Source: Podarcis tiliguerta (Eukaryota). Taken from it: DNA of 64,000 nt. The stretch lies in NCBI GenBank assembly GCA_965153285.1, contig OZ229118.1, one strand, 5' to 3'. Below, piece after piece: positions 23,246 through 36,858 of the stretch (position 1 is the first letter of the stretch; each line of letters starts with the position of its first letter). Under the pieces are notes generated by a model. It saw only the letters and a program-made list of their open reading frames with translations. It made no database searches and was not told the origin of the DNA. The position numbers and the translations under genes were made by a program.

Positions 23246-26200
23246 GTTACCACCATGCTTCCTCAAAAGGAGACAGGAGAACTTGGAAATGCTGCCTCTT
23301 GCCACTAGGGATCATATGAGTTTGGGATAAATAATAGCCATATATACAAACATACACACCTACCCAATTTAATTCCTGGTGCAAAAAAGAAAAAAAGAAA
23401 AAACATGAATTAGGAAGATGCTATAATGCTTCCTCAGCATGTTCAAACTTTTGGATTGTTCCGCAGGAAAAGTGTTTCACTACTGTGGAGAATCCCCCAA
23501 GAATGACTCACTCAATGGCTTCAATTGAATAATATGCTAATATTTGTTTTAACTGGTAGATTAGTTACACGTAAGACAGTTAATAAAAAATGTTCAAAAG
23601 ACTGACAGGTCTAATATGCATAAATCCAGCCTTTTGAATCCAAAATCTGCCAGGGTTCTCCTACTCTTAACTCAAGAATGATGAAACAGTGTTGAGAATT
23701 GACTGTGCTTTTGACAGTGATATTGTAATATTAGCTGGAATTATCATTGTTCCTTTCATAATGGACAAAACCACAGCACTGAAACAACAGTGTGGGAAGG
23801 GTTTGTAGGAAGGGTTGTGCATTTACATTCAAATTTCAGTCGTTTCAAATGATTGCAGCAATTTTCTGGCTGCTTGGTGAATGCCAACTCCAATGAGCAG
23901 AGCATTTGGTACACAATGGAGGGTAATGTAAAATGCAAAGCAAGCTGTAATCAGTATTGCTTAAGCGAGTGTGTGTGTATTTCATCATATGGAAAACGTA
24001 TCTTATTACTGTATTTAAGAGATCAAATGCAAAATGGCTTTATGATATAAATGAACATTAATACGTGTGTGTGTTTTCTGTGCATGTTTTTTTTTAGGTC
24101 TACATTAGTTCTAACACATCAGGTTTCATAGCAAGTGGTTAGAATAGCAATGATGACTCATTATGCATCATCTTCTCAGTTTTAGCAATTCAAAATATGT
24201 GCAAAGCAGCTTAAAATACAGCGCGGAAAAAATAATTACCCCTGACAGTGATGGATGTGATTATATTTGGTATGTATAACAGAGTCCACGTGATTTAGGA
24301 GCTTGTGTTCAGTTTCCTTAAAAGACATCTTGAGTGATTCGAAGAGTTGCAGTGCTAGCAGATAAGCATTCTGCAGGGGTACCAAAGACTGCACCTGCAC
24401 AGCCTTGCAAAATATAAACGGGTCTTGGTGGAAGGATCCTACTCTGCTGTTTCAAGGAGATATAAAAGCCTGCTGTGAACATCAGGCTACTGCAGGATGC
24501 CAAATCATTTGATAAATTAACTTGGCAGTTCAGTGAAAGCAGATAGGTGTTTCCCTGGCTCCATGTCAAAATCACAGACAGTAGTAACATTGTGCAGATA
24601 CTGGCCACAATTCCTTATGGTCCAAAAGCATGAACACCAGGCTTTTTCTGGTGCATTCAAAGCACATTCCTCCCCTCACAAAGCATCCTGGGAACTGCAG
24701 TTTACCCCTCATGGAGCTGCAGATCCAAGCACCCTTAACAAACTCCAATTCCCAGAATTCTTTGGTGGGGGTTCTTTAAATGTGTGCTGTGTGTGCAGTC
24801 TAGTTCTGTAATTCTTTTGAGGGGAACATTTTAAAAAATTTGTTAAGCCAGCCTTTCCCCTTCATGGCCGTATTCCCAGTGCGGTGTTCAATGGGCATAA
24901 ATATATGCAAGTATTCATACCAGTTACAATTACAGTAAGGCCATAAAAATTCAACAAATCTGCAAAATGTTGACCCTGTTAAAAAAACAGCCTGTGTAGG
25001 CTTGAAATTACAAATGCGATTAGTATTTTGCAGACATGGAATGAGTTCATTAAGCCAAAACTTTGGCTCGCCTTCCATTTTTAATCAACTTCTGTTTGAG
25101 TCCATATGACATATCTATTCAGGCAGGCTGTGAAAAGCAGAATAAAACTAAAATAGCATTTCCCATGTGCTACGAATGGAGGTTTGGTAAAGACAAGGTG
25201 TTGAAATTCAGCAAGGATAATTTCTGTCAAAATCAGGGACATAGCAGCAAAATGAAAATTACTAATAGAACTGTCAGAGTCACACTTAAAAAAAAACTTC
25301 TGTAATGCAAAACAGATCATCTTATTAAATATTTCCAAAATCAGATTATTATAGTATTTTTCTAAAGGTAGAACTGAGAAACTATCCCCTCCCCCCAGTG
25401 GGAGGTGAACATTTTTACAATTACCCTGGGTGGGGTGGGGGAGCAAGAAAGGGGCAAAATAGGGTCTTCTTCAAAGATGACTGTGCTTAAAGTTTTCCTA
25501 CCTATGCACACAGTTGTCATATCATGCCCAGGCATGAGGTAGTTAAAATATTCCAGGAACCAAAACAGTTAAAAATAAATTCCTTTTTGTGGCAGACAAC
25601 ACACTTGGCTTTTCCCCCACCAACTAGAAGCCAATATACTTTCTATGTCAACTGAAATTAGAGTTCATTATGTTAAATTACCAGCTAAAAATGAAGTTCA
25701 TGTACAATTCTAGGTTCCCCCAAATTAGTTTTAAATGAGTAGGCCTCTTGTGTAACTTTTTATAATAACTGGCTCAGATTTATAAACTATTGAGGATATG
25801 TGGATTTTCAGAGAGCTTCCTTTTAGAGGAAGACCTTTTATATGCAATGGCCTTGCTTCAAACAATGAGGTTTCTACATATCAAGCTTCAAGAGGCTCTA
25901 GCAGGAATTCAAGCTTCCAGATTTTCTTTGATTTTCCTTTTTGAAGCAATCCCTGAACCAAGTAAATTATCAATTAAAATATTCATTTCTGTCAATGGTG
26001 GTTGTGGCTATGTGACACAGAATTTGCTCATGTGGTACAGAGACTATTGAAGATCTGCCACATTATGTTCTATATTGTATCTTGTATAAAATTTCTAAAT
26101 GGGAATTGTTAGGCCCCTGTGACAGAATGTGGGGTGGACAATGCCAGCAAACATTTTTTTTTTTTTTTGTAACTGAATAATAAGATATTTTGCTCTTATG

Positions 26201-27969
26201 GTTCTGTGATTAAGAATTGTTTTGTATAGTGCATCCCATTAAAAGTCTAAGGGTTAGAAATTGGTTTGATTTTCATGGGCCAGACAACTTGTATTATGGT
26301 TTTGGTGCAGATCTTTTTGGTGTACTGACCCTAAAAACCCCCACTGGCACTCTATAGCTCAGAGTAAGCTCTAGTCAAGGTTTGTTTTTATCTCTTCTGA
26401 AAATTGGCCTGTATGCATAAATCAGCGGGTGCAAATTCTATACATATTATGGGCCTGTCATTTATGTATCTAGCAATGCCCTTGTCCTAGATCTCTCTCA
26501 GTGAAATCAACAGAATTGAAATATGCTACAGCTTGTTCATACATCCTTATTATAACTTCTCTGACTGAGCTACTAGCAAAACACATTGGGGAATGTCCCA
26601 CTGCTTATTTGAATGGTTTACCCTCATCAAGGATATGTCAGGCTCTCTTGAAAGTGTGGGGAAACAACCCCAAACTATATGAATTCTAGTTTCAGTGACT
26701 AACACTTTCCCTCCCATTGAGAATCTTATGAGGTGTGAAAAATGCACAATAGAATTAGCTGTATAAAGAGAAAGCTGGGTATTTATTTTGTGAATGCCTC
26801 TCAGCAGTTCAACTTGAATAAGAAATCTGAGCTCCATTGTCTTGGTACTTTGCCACAGTACTGTTTTTCTGCCTCTTGCAAAATAAAGATAAATGGCGTG
26901 AAATCACTTAAACTTCTCATTTATATGAGGTAAAAGCCATGAGGAAATAAGTCACAAAAGATTTGACTTGCAAGTGAATTGATTGCATATTATATATAAT
27001 GGTTGGCATCCATAGAACTGCTTTGCTTATTCCTGAGGGCCTGGTTTTGTGACATGTTTTGTCTTTTCTCAAATGAATGGTGGACTCCCACATCACAACC
27101 TGCATTTGAAAATCCTATCAGCTTCAAACATATGTCCAAATTCAATTTTGTCACAGGGAACTTGTTGCCTAGTTGTTGTTATTGGGGTACTTTTTTTGGT
27201 GGGGGGGGGGGATGCTCGTCAAATTTTCTGAAAACCAATGGGAGTTCTAGGAACTATCTTTTAGCTGTGGTGTTGAAGAAGGTGCTGCCCAAATTGTGCG
27301 CTGGACTGTCCGCAAGTCTAATCTTTCACCAAGAGGAAGACTAACATCAGAAAATGTCAGTTACAATATGACAGATATCTGTTTGTTTGTTACCCATCCC
27401 TTTTAATAACATGTCTTAGAAACCATGTGGAATTTTCCATTACAAGCAAAAGAACTGAAACTATATCATCATTCTTTGCCACAGTAGTGTCTTTAATGAG
27501 ATGGATACATTCAGATACGAAGAAAACTTTTCTTACTGTAGGAGGGTGTAGCCTTAAAAAGTATATGTTGGTTCTCATTAATTTATGCCAAAGATTCAAA
27601 CCATTCGCTTAGGGGTACTTTAGCAGCAACAACCAGTCATCTGAATACAGAACTAGCACTGAATTTTATTCAGTATTCCAAGCACCATCACATCATGGAT
27701 TTGTATAATGGCATTATGATTTCGCAGTTTTATTTTCAATCCCTTTCCTAACCGTACTAGAGATGCCAGAATCTGGGACCTTCTGTTCTACAAGGCAGGT
27801 ACTCTACCAATGAGATATTCTACTGTCTCTAATCTCCCATGAGGTGTCCAGAAATACATCTCAAGGTTTTCTTTATTATTACAAATAATAATAATAGCTG
27901 TACTATCATAATGATTAAGGCCTTAAATGATAATTTTAGGTTATATGTTAGTGACTAAGTTTTAATTTA

Positions 27970-28324
27970 GGGACGTGGGTGGTGCTGTGGGTTAAACCAC
28001 AGAGCCTAGGACTTGCCGATCAGAAGGTCGGCGGTTCGAATCCCCGCGATGGGGTGACCTCCCGTTGCTCGGTCCCTGCTCCTGCCAACCTAGCAGTTCG
28101 AAAGCACATCAAAGTGCAAGTAGATAAATAGGTACCGTTCTGGCGGGAAGGTAAAGGGCGTTTCTGTGCGGTGCTCTGGTTCGCCAGAAGCGGTTTAGTC
28201 ATGCTGGCCACATGACCCGGAAGCTGTACGCCGGCTCCCTCGGCCAATAAAGCGAGATGAGCGCTGCAACCCCAGAGTCGGTCACGACTGGACCTAATGG
28301 TCAGGGGTCCGTTTAACTTTACCT
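27970..28324 (+). mobile_element. Sauria SINE, full length
   Basis: A and B boxes, BovB-like AGAGTCGG.CACGACT tail region, perfect 14-bp TSD TAAGTTTTAATTTA. Confidence 0.93.
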
Positions 28325-28596
28325 TAAGTTTTAATTTATATATTTTTAAACTGTTGCTATATCTGTATTGTCCCTGTTATACCTAATTGCAAATTCAAAT
28401 GTTTTATGTGTGTTTTATGACTTCCTTGATATTGTATGTGGGCTGCACCTGGTCTGTGACCGAAATTATAAAATTCATTTAATAATAGCTGTACAGAGGA
28501 AATCCCTACACAAAAGTAAACCTATGGAAATCAAAAACTGCCTCTTACATAGGGCCAGAGCAAACTCCTTTGTTACTCCAAGGATAATTACGCACG

Positions 28597-29356
28597 TGTC
28601 AGGGCTGGCTCCGGGTCCCAGCTCACCAAGGACCAACGCTAGCCGGTAGTAAAGTATCAAAGTCTTTATTGAAGAATAGATTCCATTTCAAAGCCTCAGC
28701 GTCCCAGCCCTACATCTGGACTCTAGACCGACGAAGCTCCGTCTGAGTCTCCGCCCCCTGCGCACCAGTTTAAGACTCTAATCTTACTCCACCTCTTCCT
28801 TCTCTCTCTCTTCCTCTGGGTCCTACTACCCCCCGGGGTCTCCTCCCTCCGGGACTCTTCTGAGGCAGACGTTGACCCCTCTGACTCCTCCCCCTCTCTT
28901 CGGCGGGCTTTAGGACCTGGCTCCCTACCCGGGCTGCCCACCTTGCCGCCCTCCTGTACATTTGAACTTGGCGCGCGCGCGCGTTTAACTTTCCTGATGA
29001 CCGTTTCCTCGCTCCCTGACGAGGGTGTGGTCCCTCCTGCCTCACGTTCTCCCGCTGCCCGCGCGCCCCCTGATCCCGATGCCTGGGACTCCTCCCCCCT
29101 ACTGCGCTCTGGGGGGGACGCTGGTCCGGATTTCCAGCTGCTACTCTCTGAGTCCCCTCTGGCCCCTTCTTCCCGAGGTGCCCCCCTGGGCACTCCCCTT
29201 GCCCTGACTATGGGGGCCCCTTTCTGTGAATCTTCCGAGTCACTGGAGAGACTCAGAGACCTCGGACTGCTGTCTTCGCTGACATTTCCTTCGGACTCCT
29301 CCCCCTCGCTCTCCACTTCCTCCCTCTCCTGTGACTCTGCTCCTGAACCCCTGATA
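28597..29356 (-). mobile_element. Young GC/CpG-rich solo LTR (LTR-B)
   Basis: TGTCAGGG...CCCTGATA inverted termini; perfect 5-bp TSD GCACG; minus-strand AATAAA at about 28675. Confidence 0.88.
28723..29355 (-). CDS. Uninterrupted 210-codon LTR-embedded frame (Ser/Glu-rich with basic clusters); no in-LTR ATG start
   Basis: The 197-aa track ORF extends upstream without a stop to LTR base 2 (I/VRGSGAESQEREEVESEGEE...). Basic motifs IRKVKRAR, PKARRR and RTQRKRERRKRWS. Confidence 0.45.
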   Translation of the reverse strand: MRGSGAESQEREEVESEGEESEGNVSEDSSPRSLSLSSDSEDSQKGAPIVRARGVPRGAPREEGARGDSESSSWKSGPASPPERSRGEESQASGSGGARAAGEREAGGTTPSSGSEETVIRKVKRARAPSSNVQEGGKVGSPGREPGPKARRREGEESEGSTSASEESRREETPGGSRTQRKRERRKRWSKIRVLNWCAGGGDSDGASSV

Positions 29357-29429
29357 GCACGCTATCCAAGAAGAATACTCTAAATCTGGATCCAGCCAAG
29401 AGCTATGCCTCAGTAATCCTTTTAAAAAG

Positions 29430-29630
29430 TTTATTATTTATTTATTACCTTTATATCCTGCCTTTCCTCCAAGGAGCTCAAGGTGGTGTACATACTTTTC
29501 CTCTTCCCCATTTTATCCACACAAAGGTACTGTGAGGTACATTAGGCTGAGAGGCAGTAACTGGCTCATTGCGGACTGGGGATTCAAACCAGGCCCCAGT
29601 CCAGTACTCTAACCACTACAACCCACTGGC
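29430..29630 (-). mobile_element. Old MIR/Squam3-like SINE
   Basis: ACTCTAACCACTACA.C.CACTGGC reverse head and TGTGAGGTA...TTAGGCTGAGAG core. Similar remnants near 13570-13760 and 37625-37740. Confidence 0.6.
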
Positions 29631-30244
29631 GTGTTTCTCAGATTGCATGCTACTTTGTTGGCGCCCCTTAGTCACATTTTGTATTTTTAGCGAAAGAGTG
29701 ATAATTGAAAAAACCCACAACACCTTTCACTGAATGCACCACCAGGCTACAATCATAATATCAGGCACCCTTTATTATGTATGACATGCAATATAAAATC
29801 TGCATGTTGCAGTGTCTCTGTGATTTATTACAGTTCAGTAGGTCTGATCATGAGCTCAACTAGCATTTCAATGAACCTGAGGGCTGTAGCACTCATTTCA
29901 TTCTCTCAGGGGGGAAAATGAGCTCACCACTCTCAGAACTTCTAGCTATGTTTAAATTATCACTGTAGGTCAAGAGGTTGAAGTAATTAAATCAGATCAT
30001 CTTCTTGAGTTGGAGCTAAGTGGCCAAAAAAATCATACTGCAGTAAGTTCAATGTTGTTGGATTTCTGAACTTTTTTTTGGGGGGGGGGAGTAATTTCAA
30101 ATCAGTCAAGAAGGCTGGATTTAAAAGTGGATTGTTTGAACTGATCTTCACTGGTATCTAATTCATTTTTTACCAGTTACTTTCAAGTATTTGGTGTAGT
30201 GTAGAATAGCTTCCTATCTGGGATTCAAGAAATGCTCACTGAGA

Positions 30245-30664
30245 CAGTGCTATTTTTTTTTTTTTTTTAGAAAAAGATGTGCCAGAACACACCACAGACT
30301 CCTCAACAATTCTATATTTACTGCATATTAAGTAATATCTAGATTATATTTATCTAATAAATCCATGTTATGTCACCTTGCAGGAGGAACCACGTTCAGG
30401 TGGAGGGAAGTCTTAACAATTTACTTTATTATATAAATTTACTTTATTTCCAACATTGAAATAATTTTATTTATGTATATTTCTGATGGAAAATGACAAT
30501 TGTGGTGTATACAAAAAAAATACTAAATCAATAAATCAATAAACATTATATGCAGGAAAAAAAACACCATGGACACCTCCCTTGCTCACTTGCAATGGCA
30601 ATGGCACCCAGTAGAGAGTTGCCGGAATTGAGTTCCAGTGAGTTCTGGCTGAAAAAAGGCCCTG
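30245..30664 (-). mobile_element. hAT-type non-autonomous element (CAGGGC/CAGTGC termini), long form
   Basis: Both ends match the short form at 31988-32123. Flanked by CTCACTGAGA and CTCACTGGGA. Confidence 0.6.
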
Positions 30665-31987
30665 CTCACTGGGATAGCTGGGATAAACAGTTAAAAAACA
30701 ACAACAAGTTTTAGAATTGAAACTTGCCAGGGAATTGAATCATATCTCAAATGCCAAGAACGTGAGAAGATTCCTGCAGGATAGGACCAAAGGCAATCTA
30801 CCCCAGCATCCTTTTCTTCCAGTGACCAAGCAGATCCCTTTGGGAAGCTCTCAGCCAGGACCTGAACATCACAGCACTCTCTCCACTTGTGATTCCAAGC
30901 CACAGGTACATACAGACATACTGTAGGTACACAGGTACATACAGACATACTGTAGCACATAGCCATAGGCATAGCTACAGTTACAGTTACGAGCAACCGT
31001 AATATTTTGTGGCTGACATTGCAAAAATGAATGATACTCTACTTATTCTCAGAAACACTCATTACTACTTTGGATCTTCCAGCTAAGCCCTTGTGAGCCT
31101 TGACTGCAAGAATGGATTATCCCATCAGAAAACATCCACAATAAGATAATCTTAGCTGTGGTTCATATAACATCCCTTCTTCCATACATTCTGTGTCATG
31201 AAATGAAATTATAATGATAATCCACTGAAAGACAGAGACTGGATGGATTGCAAAAACATTTTGATGGCCTGTGGGCCTCTGGGAAAAGGTTGGCCTACAA
31301 TATTTCTCTGAAGTACAGATCTTTTTAGGAAAGAGGGACAGCTTCTGGTGATGATCCAACAAGTCTATACTCAATTCCCTTCAACCTCACCCCATTCCCA
31401 CCACTATAGAATGTCTGTTAACCATGTTGCTAGGAAATGCAACAAATGAAAATAAATAGAGTCATATAGCACCTTAGTTAACACTCATAACATGTTATTT
31501 TCCATGAACTGAGATTGCACAGAATGAGGCAATACCCAGGAACAGAGAAATTACAGACAACTAAAAGATTCCTATGCTAAAAAAAAAAATGCAATGTACA
31601 ATATCTCCATCAAAATCAATTTAGCTATGAGTTATAAGTGATTTCTGTGGCCTTCGTGGAGATTAAGTCTAAGTCTTCTCCAAGTTCTGACCCTCAGAAA
31701 TGTGACCATAGTCCACCTTGGGAAGAACGAGCCACAACTATTTTGCTGGCTATTATTATGATTGTGATGGAATAGTCCCTAGCTAGGCAAGGTAGAATTC
31801 CTCTTCCTCGTTGATGGAATCAGGGAGAAAATGCTGTCTCATTAAAAAGTAAGGTAGACATTTTGTGTCCAAGATTTGGTGACTCTGTGAAGTTCCATAT
31901 ACCTGAAGATTATATTGGTGGCTAAGAGCCCATTGAAGTTGTAGACATGATTTGGGGATATTTGAATGAATTACCGGTAGGTATGAG

Positions 31988-32123
31988 CAGGGCTTTTTTT
32001 CAGATGGAACTCGATGGAACTCAGTTCCAGCACCTCTCTGGCGGGCACCATTGCTGTTATAAGAGAATAAGGGAGGCATTCATGGTGACTTCCGCCACCT
32101 CTTTTTCTAGAAAAATGGCACTG
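31988..32123 (+). mobile_element. hAT-type MITE, short form
   Basis: CAGGGCTTTTTTTC...GAAAAATGGCACTG termini. Confidence 0.65.
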
Positions 32124-32303
32124 GGTTTGAGACAAATACTCAGCTGATTTAGCGTCTGGCTGCCAGGATTCTAATAGCCTAATGTTTTGGGTGGGGAATG
32201 GGGAATCCCTCAATAATGCAGTGGAACACAAAACATTGGTCATTAGTTAGTTATTTAAAACTCATGTACGTATTGCAATACACAAAAGGCAGAAAGAAGT
32301 ATA

Positions 32304-32529
32304 CAGTGGTACCTCAGGTTAAGTACTTAATTCATTCCGGAGGTCCATACTTAACCTGAAACTGTTCTTAACCTGAAGCACCACTTTAGCTAATGGGGCC
32401 TCCTGCTGCTGCCATGCTGCCAGAACACGATTTCTGTTCTCATCCTGAAGCAAAGTTCTTAACCTGAGGTAATATTTCTGGGTTAGCAGAGTCTGTAACC
32501 TGAAGTGTTTGTAACCTGAGGTACCACTG
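32304..32529. mobile_element. Tc1/mariner-pogo (Tigger-like) MITE
   Basis: TA TSD and TIR CAGTGGTACCTCAGGTTA; internal TTAACCTGA repeats. Confidence 0.9.
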
Positions 32530-33524
32530 TATTGGGAATATTGGCCACAATTTGTCAGTGCTAAGAACTGATCTGTGTTGCCTTGTTGTTGCTGTTGCTA
32601 CTGCATTTCACACTGATTTTGGTCACCAGTTGGCAGTGGCTGTATCTAGGTTTGTTTCCACCAGATGCCTTTGGTGGCAGCTGTTCAGCTACACTTTTTT
32701 GTGATCCGGCTTGCAGAAACCTTAGTATGGAGGTTATTAAAAAGTCTGCTTCTCATCTAAATGACAACTGGGAATTAGCTGACTTCTATATCAGCCTAAC
32801 TTCCTCAGCTTATCAGTTCAAAACTTATTCATTTCAACTCCATGGATGACTGTTTTATTCTCTTTCACAGAGCATTATATTGAGCCACACACTTTTCTTA
32901 ACAAAAAATGATAATGCATCTTAAAATCTATTGCTGTTAAATATCCATAGAGAAAACATAACAGAATGCAGAGATAAAGAGGCAATTTGTTACGAAGATG
33001 TTGTTGACTTCTCATATTGATTTATTTGGGTATTATGTATGACTTTGTTGAGTAATGCTGTCTCTTTTTAATTAAAATGTATTTGTGATGAATTTCCAAC
33101 TTTGCCTATAATCTTTCATGTCTCCTTAATCATTTGATCAATAGGAAGAAAGCGTCTGAGAACACAACTCTTTGCTCTGACGAATAGACAAAACTCAGCA
33201 GGAAGGCCTCGAAGGACACCCCAGCTGAATCATGCCCACAATCTCTGCAGTGGAGATTGTGATGGAGGAAGTATTTGCTGCAAGAAATGACTGCCATCTA
33301 TTGTGTTCTTCAGAATAAGGGATAGGTAATGTGAGACTATTGCTGAAAACAGCATATTATTTATCCAAATGTTGAATGCTTCCGGTGGAGTCTTGTCCGC
33401 TCAGGGCAAATGGGGGCACTGCCTCACTCTCGATTCCTCCAAGCCTGCCTCCTTAATTACAACCACTCTGGAGGGTAGCCCTTGCTCTCTCCTCTTTAGT
33501 CTCAGTGTTGCCCTTAAAGAATCC

Positions 33525-34198
33525 CAGACCCCCCAAGTGTTCTGATTTTCCAAGGAGAGTCCCAGATTTACAGAAGTCATCCCAGTTTCAGATTTGATCC
33601 AGGAATGTCCTGTTTTTCCTTAGGATGCCCTTATTTTCATTGGAGAAATGTTGAACGGGTATGAGTTATGCAACCCAATAACCAAGGAGATAAGTAACTA
33701 TACAACCTCTAGAAGACATCTGAACATGGGGACAAATAGAAGAAGACACCTACACCCCGCTATGGCTCCCCTTTATCACATACACAGCCCAACAAGACAA
33801 TGAAAAAACCCACCAACAGCATACAAATCAATATGGCTAACCTGTTCCAAAACACCCACCCATCCACTCACACATGAAAACAAAGACTACCACAGCCAAC
33901 CACAAATGAATAACCACACCCTAGGCCAACCCCAACCTCTCTCACCACCAAAGGAACACAAGCAAACAGCAAAGAACCTGCACAAGCAACGCTGACACCA
34001 AACCCTATATATAGTAAGTGAAATAGAAACATCGACCCCCCCAGCCCACTCTCACCCATCTCTCCCCCTCTCCACCTCTTTCCCCCTTTTCTTCCTAATG
34101 TCTCAACAAATGAAAATGATTTGTAAAAATCTTACATGGGAAAAAACACACACAAGAGAGAGACATTGCACACTTTTGTAAATCAACAAAATCTTTAA

Positions 34199-34229
<31 letters not shown>

Positions 34230-34368
34230 AGAATAGAAGACATCTGTAGGCATCCCTGTATAGGGAAGGTTTTTAATGTTTAACATTTTATTATGATTTT
34301 ATATATGTTGGAAGCTGCCCAGAGTGGCAGGGGAAACCCAAGCTGATGGATGGGTTATAATTAATAAA

Positions 34369-34403
<35 letters not shown>

Positions 34404-34446
34404 ACATGATGTCCCTATTTTCATCAGAGAAATGTTGGAGAATATG
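33525..34446 (+). mobile_element. Composite MITE copy 3, interrupted by an L1 fragment
   Basis: Homologous to 6639-6953 on both sides of the insert. Confidence 0.7.
33723..34233 (+). mobile_element. 5'-truncated L1-clade LINE (ORF2 C-terminus and 3' UTR)
   Basis: Encodes DTYTPLWLPFITY (W.PF..Y end motif), followed by an AC-rich UTR and an AATAAA plus (TAAA)n tail. Perfect 13-bp TSD TAGAAGACATCTG at 33710-33722 and 34234-34246. Confidence 0.82.
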
Positions 34447-36143
34447 GAATTCAGCAGGAAGGAGGATGATGACAAAAGTAGATTTAGTTGCTTCTGCTTT
34501 TCTTTGACTCTGGCTCTGCCTATCCTCGACTCTGGTACCACCTACTGTTGCATGCAGGTTGAATCCATGGAATCTCCAGGTGAAAGGGTCTCAGGTAGCA
34601 GATTCTGGGAAAATCTTGAAGAGCTGCTGTCAGTCAGAGAAGAAAAGATTTGACTCAGTGTAGAGATGATAAAGAAATTATCCAAATTTGTATTTATGCA
34701 TGTATGGGGGGCTATTCTGGCACCCCAAAGTCCATCCCAGAATGACTCCTTATTTTATATGTTCCATCACTTAATGAGTGGCTTTTGCTTCCACAAAAAA
34801 GGGGAAAATATTTTTAACATAAAAAAATGATATTGATATGTTGTCATTACATCTCTGAACATTAGCTACTCTTTTGTTTTTATCCCAGCAAAACAGAATG
34901 TGCCAGGCTATCTTCATAACAAAATAAGCTGGTTTGATCATGCTTTGCAATCCTCTTGTTCTGTGGACTCAAATCTTATAGCTATAAAACCTCTGGAGTG
35001 GAGGGAGTTGGTAGATCTTTTAAAAGAGGTTCATGAGTCTCAGTAGGCTCAACATCATTTGAGCATCTCTGTAATCATTCTTTCTCTAGGTACCCACAAT
35101 ACACATGTGGCAATATATATACAGTATATATTTAAGGGGGGGTGTCTAGAGTCTCAACAGAATTACCCTGCTTGTAAATTATATCGGTATTTTTGCTTCC
35201 AGACAACATCTCTAACCATCAGCTATTATGGTGGTGACAAATAATCTATACATGGCCAACTCTTTAGTTATGCAAAGGTCCATTTTCCTAACAAAACAGT
35301 ATGTGCCTTGTTAACTCTTTAACAAAAGAAACTGGATTCTGAAGTAATTCTTTATATAGTGAGAGCAAAATGAGGGCAGCTAAATATAAGCATTTTGAAC
35401 AGTGCAAAAACAATGTATAATTCACTCTGTGGGGGATGGAAAAGAACAGGAAGAATTCTGCTTTCATGTGTACGATGGGACATGGCAGCAGAAGGACTCA
35501 AGCTGCACACAGGATGGCAAAGGAAGAATTCACATCCCTCAGTAGACCAATGGTCTGGCTCAACAGAAGGCAAGTCTCTATGTTTGTAATGTGAAGTCAC
35601 AGGAAACTTGTAAACCTATGGCTTCTTCTTCTTTTTTAAGTTCACATTTAGCGTAATTTCATTTGCTTCTGAGGAAAGCAGTCCCCTTTTTTGCTGTAGC
35701 TTGCAGGGAACACATGCACTTACCTATTGTATTACCACCTCCCCAGCACTGTTTCTTCCAAGGTTCTTTACCCTAAATGACAAGCACAGTTCACCTATGT
35801 ATAAAATGGAAATTAAATAAAAGTAGATGTTACAGTTAACTGGGCAATAGATGACCGCCATTCATAAATCATAATACAAGGCAAGACCGAATTTTCAAAA
35901 TAATAATGACGGTAATTTGAATGTTTGTTATAAAAAGTGAGAATATGACAATCTCACTGTCCTTAACCCTGTCTTGTAAGATTATCTTACGAGCAGTACA
36001 CAAGACCATAATAAAATAGAACAGCATGAAGTATGCTATCTACTATGCACAGAATTACTGGCAGCAAATATTACATATTATTTCATCATTAGTATGCCAT
36101 TCTTTTGGTGGGCTCCTTTATTGATATCACAACAACATCGTTG

Positions 36144-36858
36144 TGTCTTGGTGGACCCCAAGCTTAATGTGAGTCAACAGTGTGATGCAGCAGCAAAAAA
36201 ACCTCACACTATTCTAGGCTGCATCAAAAGAAATATAGTGTCCAGATCAAGGGAAGAAGGTGGCGCTGTGGGTTAAACCACAGAGCCTAGGGCTTGCCGA
36301 TCAGAAGGTTGGTGGTTCGAATCCCCATGACGGGGTGAGCTCCCGTTGCTCGGTCCCTGCTCCTGCCAACCTAGCAGTTCAAAGGCATGTCAAAGTGCAA
36401 GTAGATAAACAGGTACCACTCCGGCGGGAAGGTAAACGGCATTTCCGTGCGCTGCTCTGGTTCGCCAGAAGCGGCTTAGTCATGCTGGCCACATGACCCG
36501 GAAGCTGTACACTGGCTCCCTTGGCCAATAAAGCAAGATGAGTACCACAACTCCAGAGTTGGCCACGACTAGACCTAATGTTCAGGGGTCCCTTTACCTT
36601 TATTCTGCCTTAGTCAAACCACACTTGGAATACTGTGTCCAGTTCTGGGCACCACAATTTAAGAAGGATGTTGACAAGCTGGAATGTGTGCAGAGGAGGG
36701 CAGCTAAGATGATCAAGGGTCTGGAAACTAAGTCTTTTGAGGAAGGCTTGAAGGAGCTGGGTATATTTAGCCTGAAAAAGAGGAGACTGAGAGGAGATAT
36801 GATAGCCATCTTCAAATATCTTAAGGGCTGTCAGTCACACAGAGGAGGGAGCGAATTA
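36144..36858 (+). mobile_element. CR1 LINE ORF2 fragment split by a Sauria SINE
   Basis: [34 protein letters not shown] before the SINE; [34 protein letters not shown] after it. Confidence 0.92.
36251..36601 (+). mobile_element. Sauria SINE inserted in CR1, no TSD
   Basis: Closely matches 27970-28324. Confidence 0.9.

Noticed and set aside
28943-29383. 146-aa + strand ORF in LTR-B
   Set aside because: It is the antisense shadow of a GC-rich frame and runs out of the LTR into flanking DNA.
30903-30955. Tandem duplication with a 29-bp period (also TGGTAATCACTTGT repeats at 18761-18815)
   Set aside because: Ordinary local slippage duplications with no further structure.
35403-35569. Exon with a GC-AG donor (AG|GCAAGT)
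   Set aside because: The acceptor is weak, the phase does not match the 14044 exon, and the peptide is not recognised.
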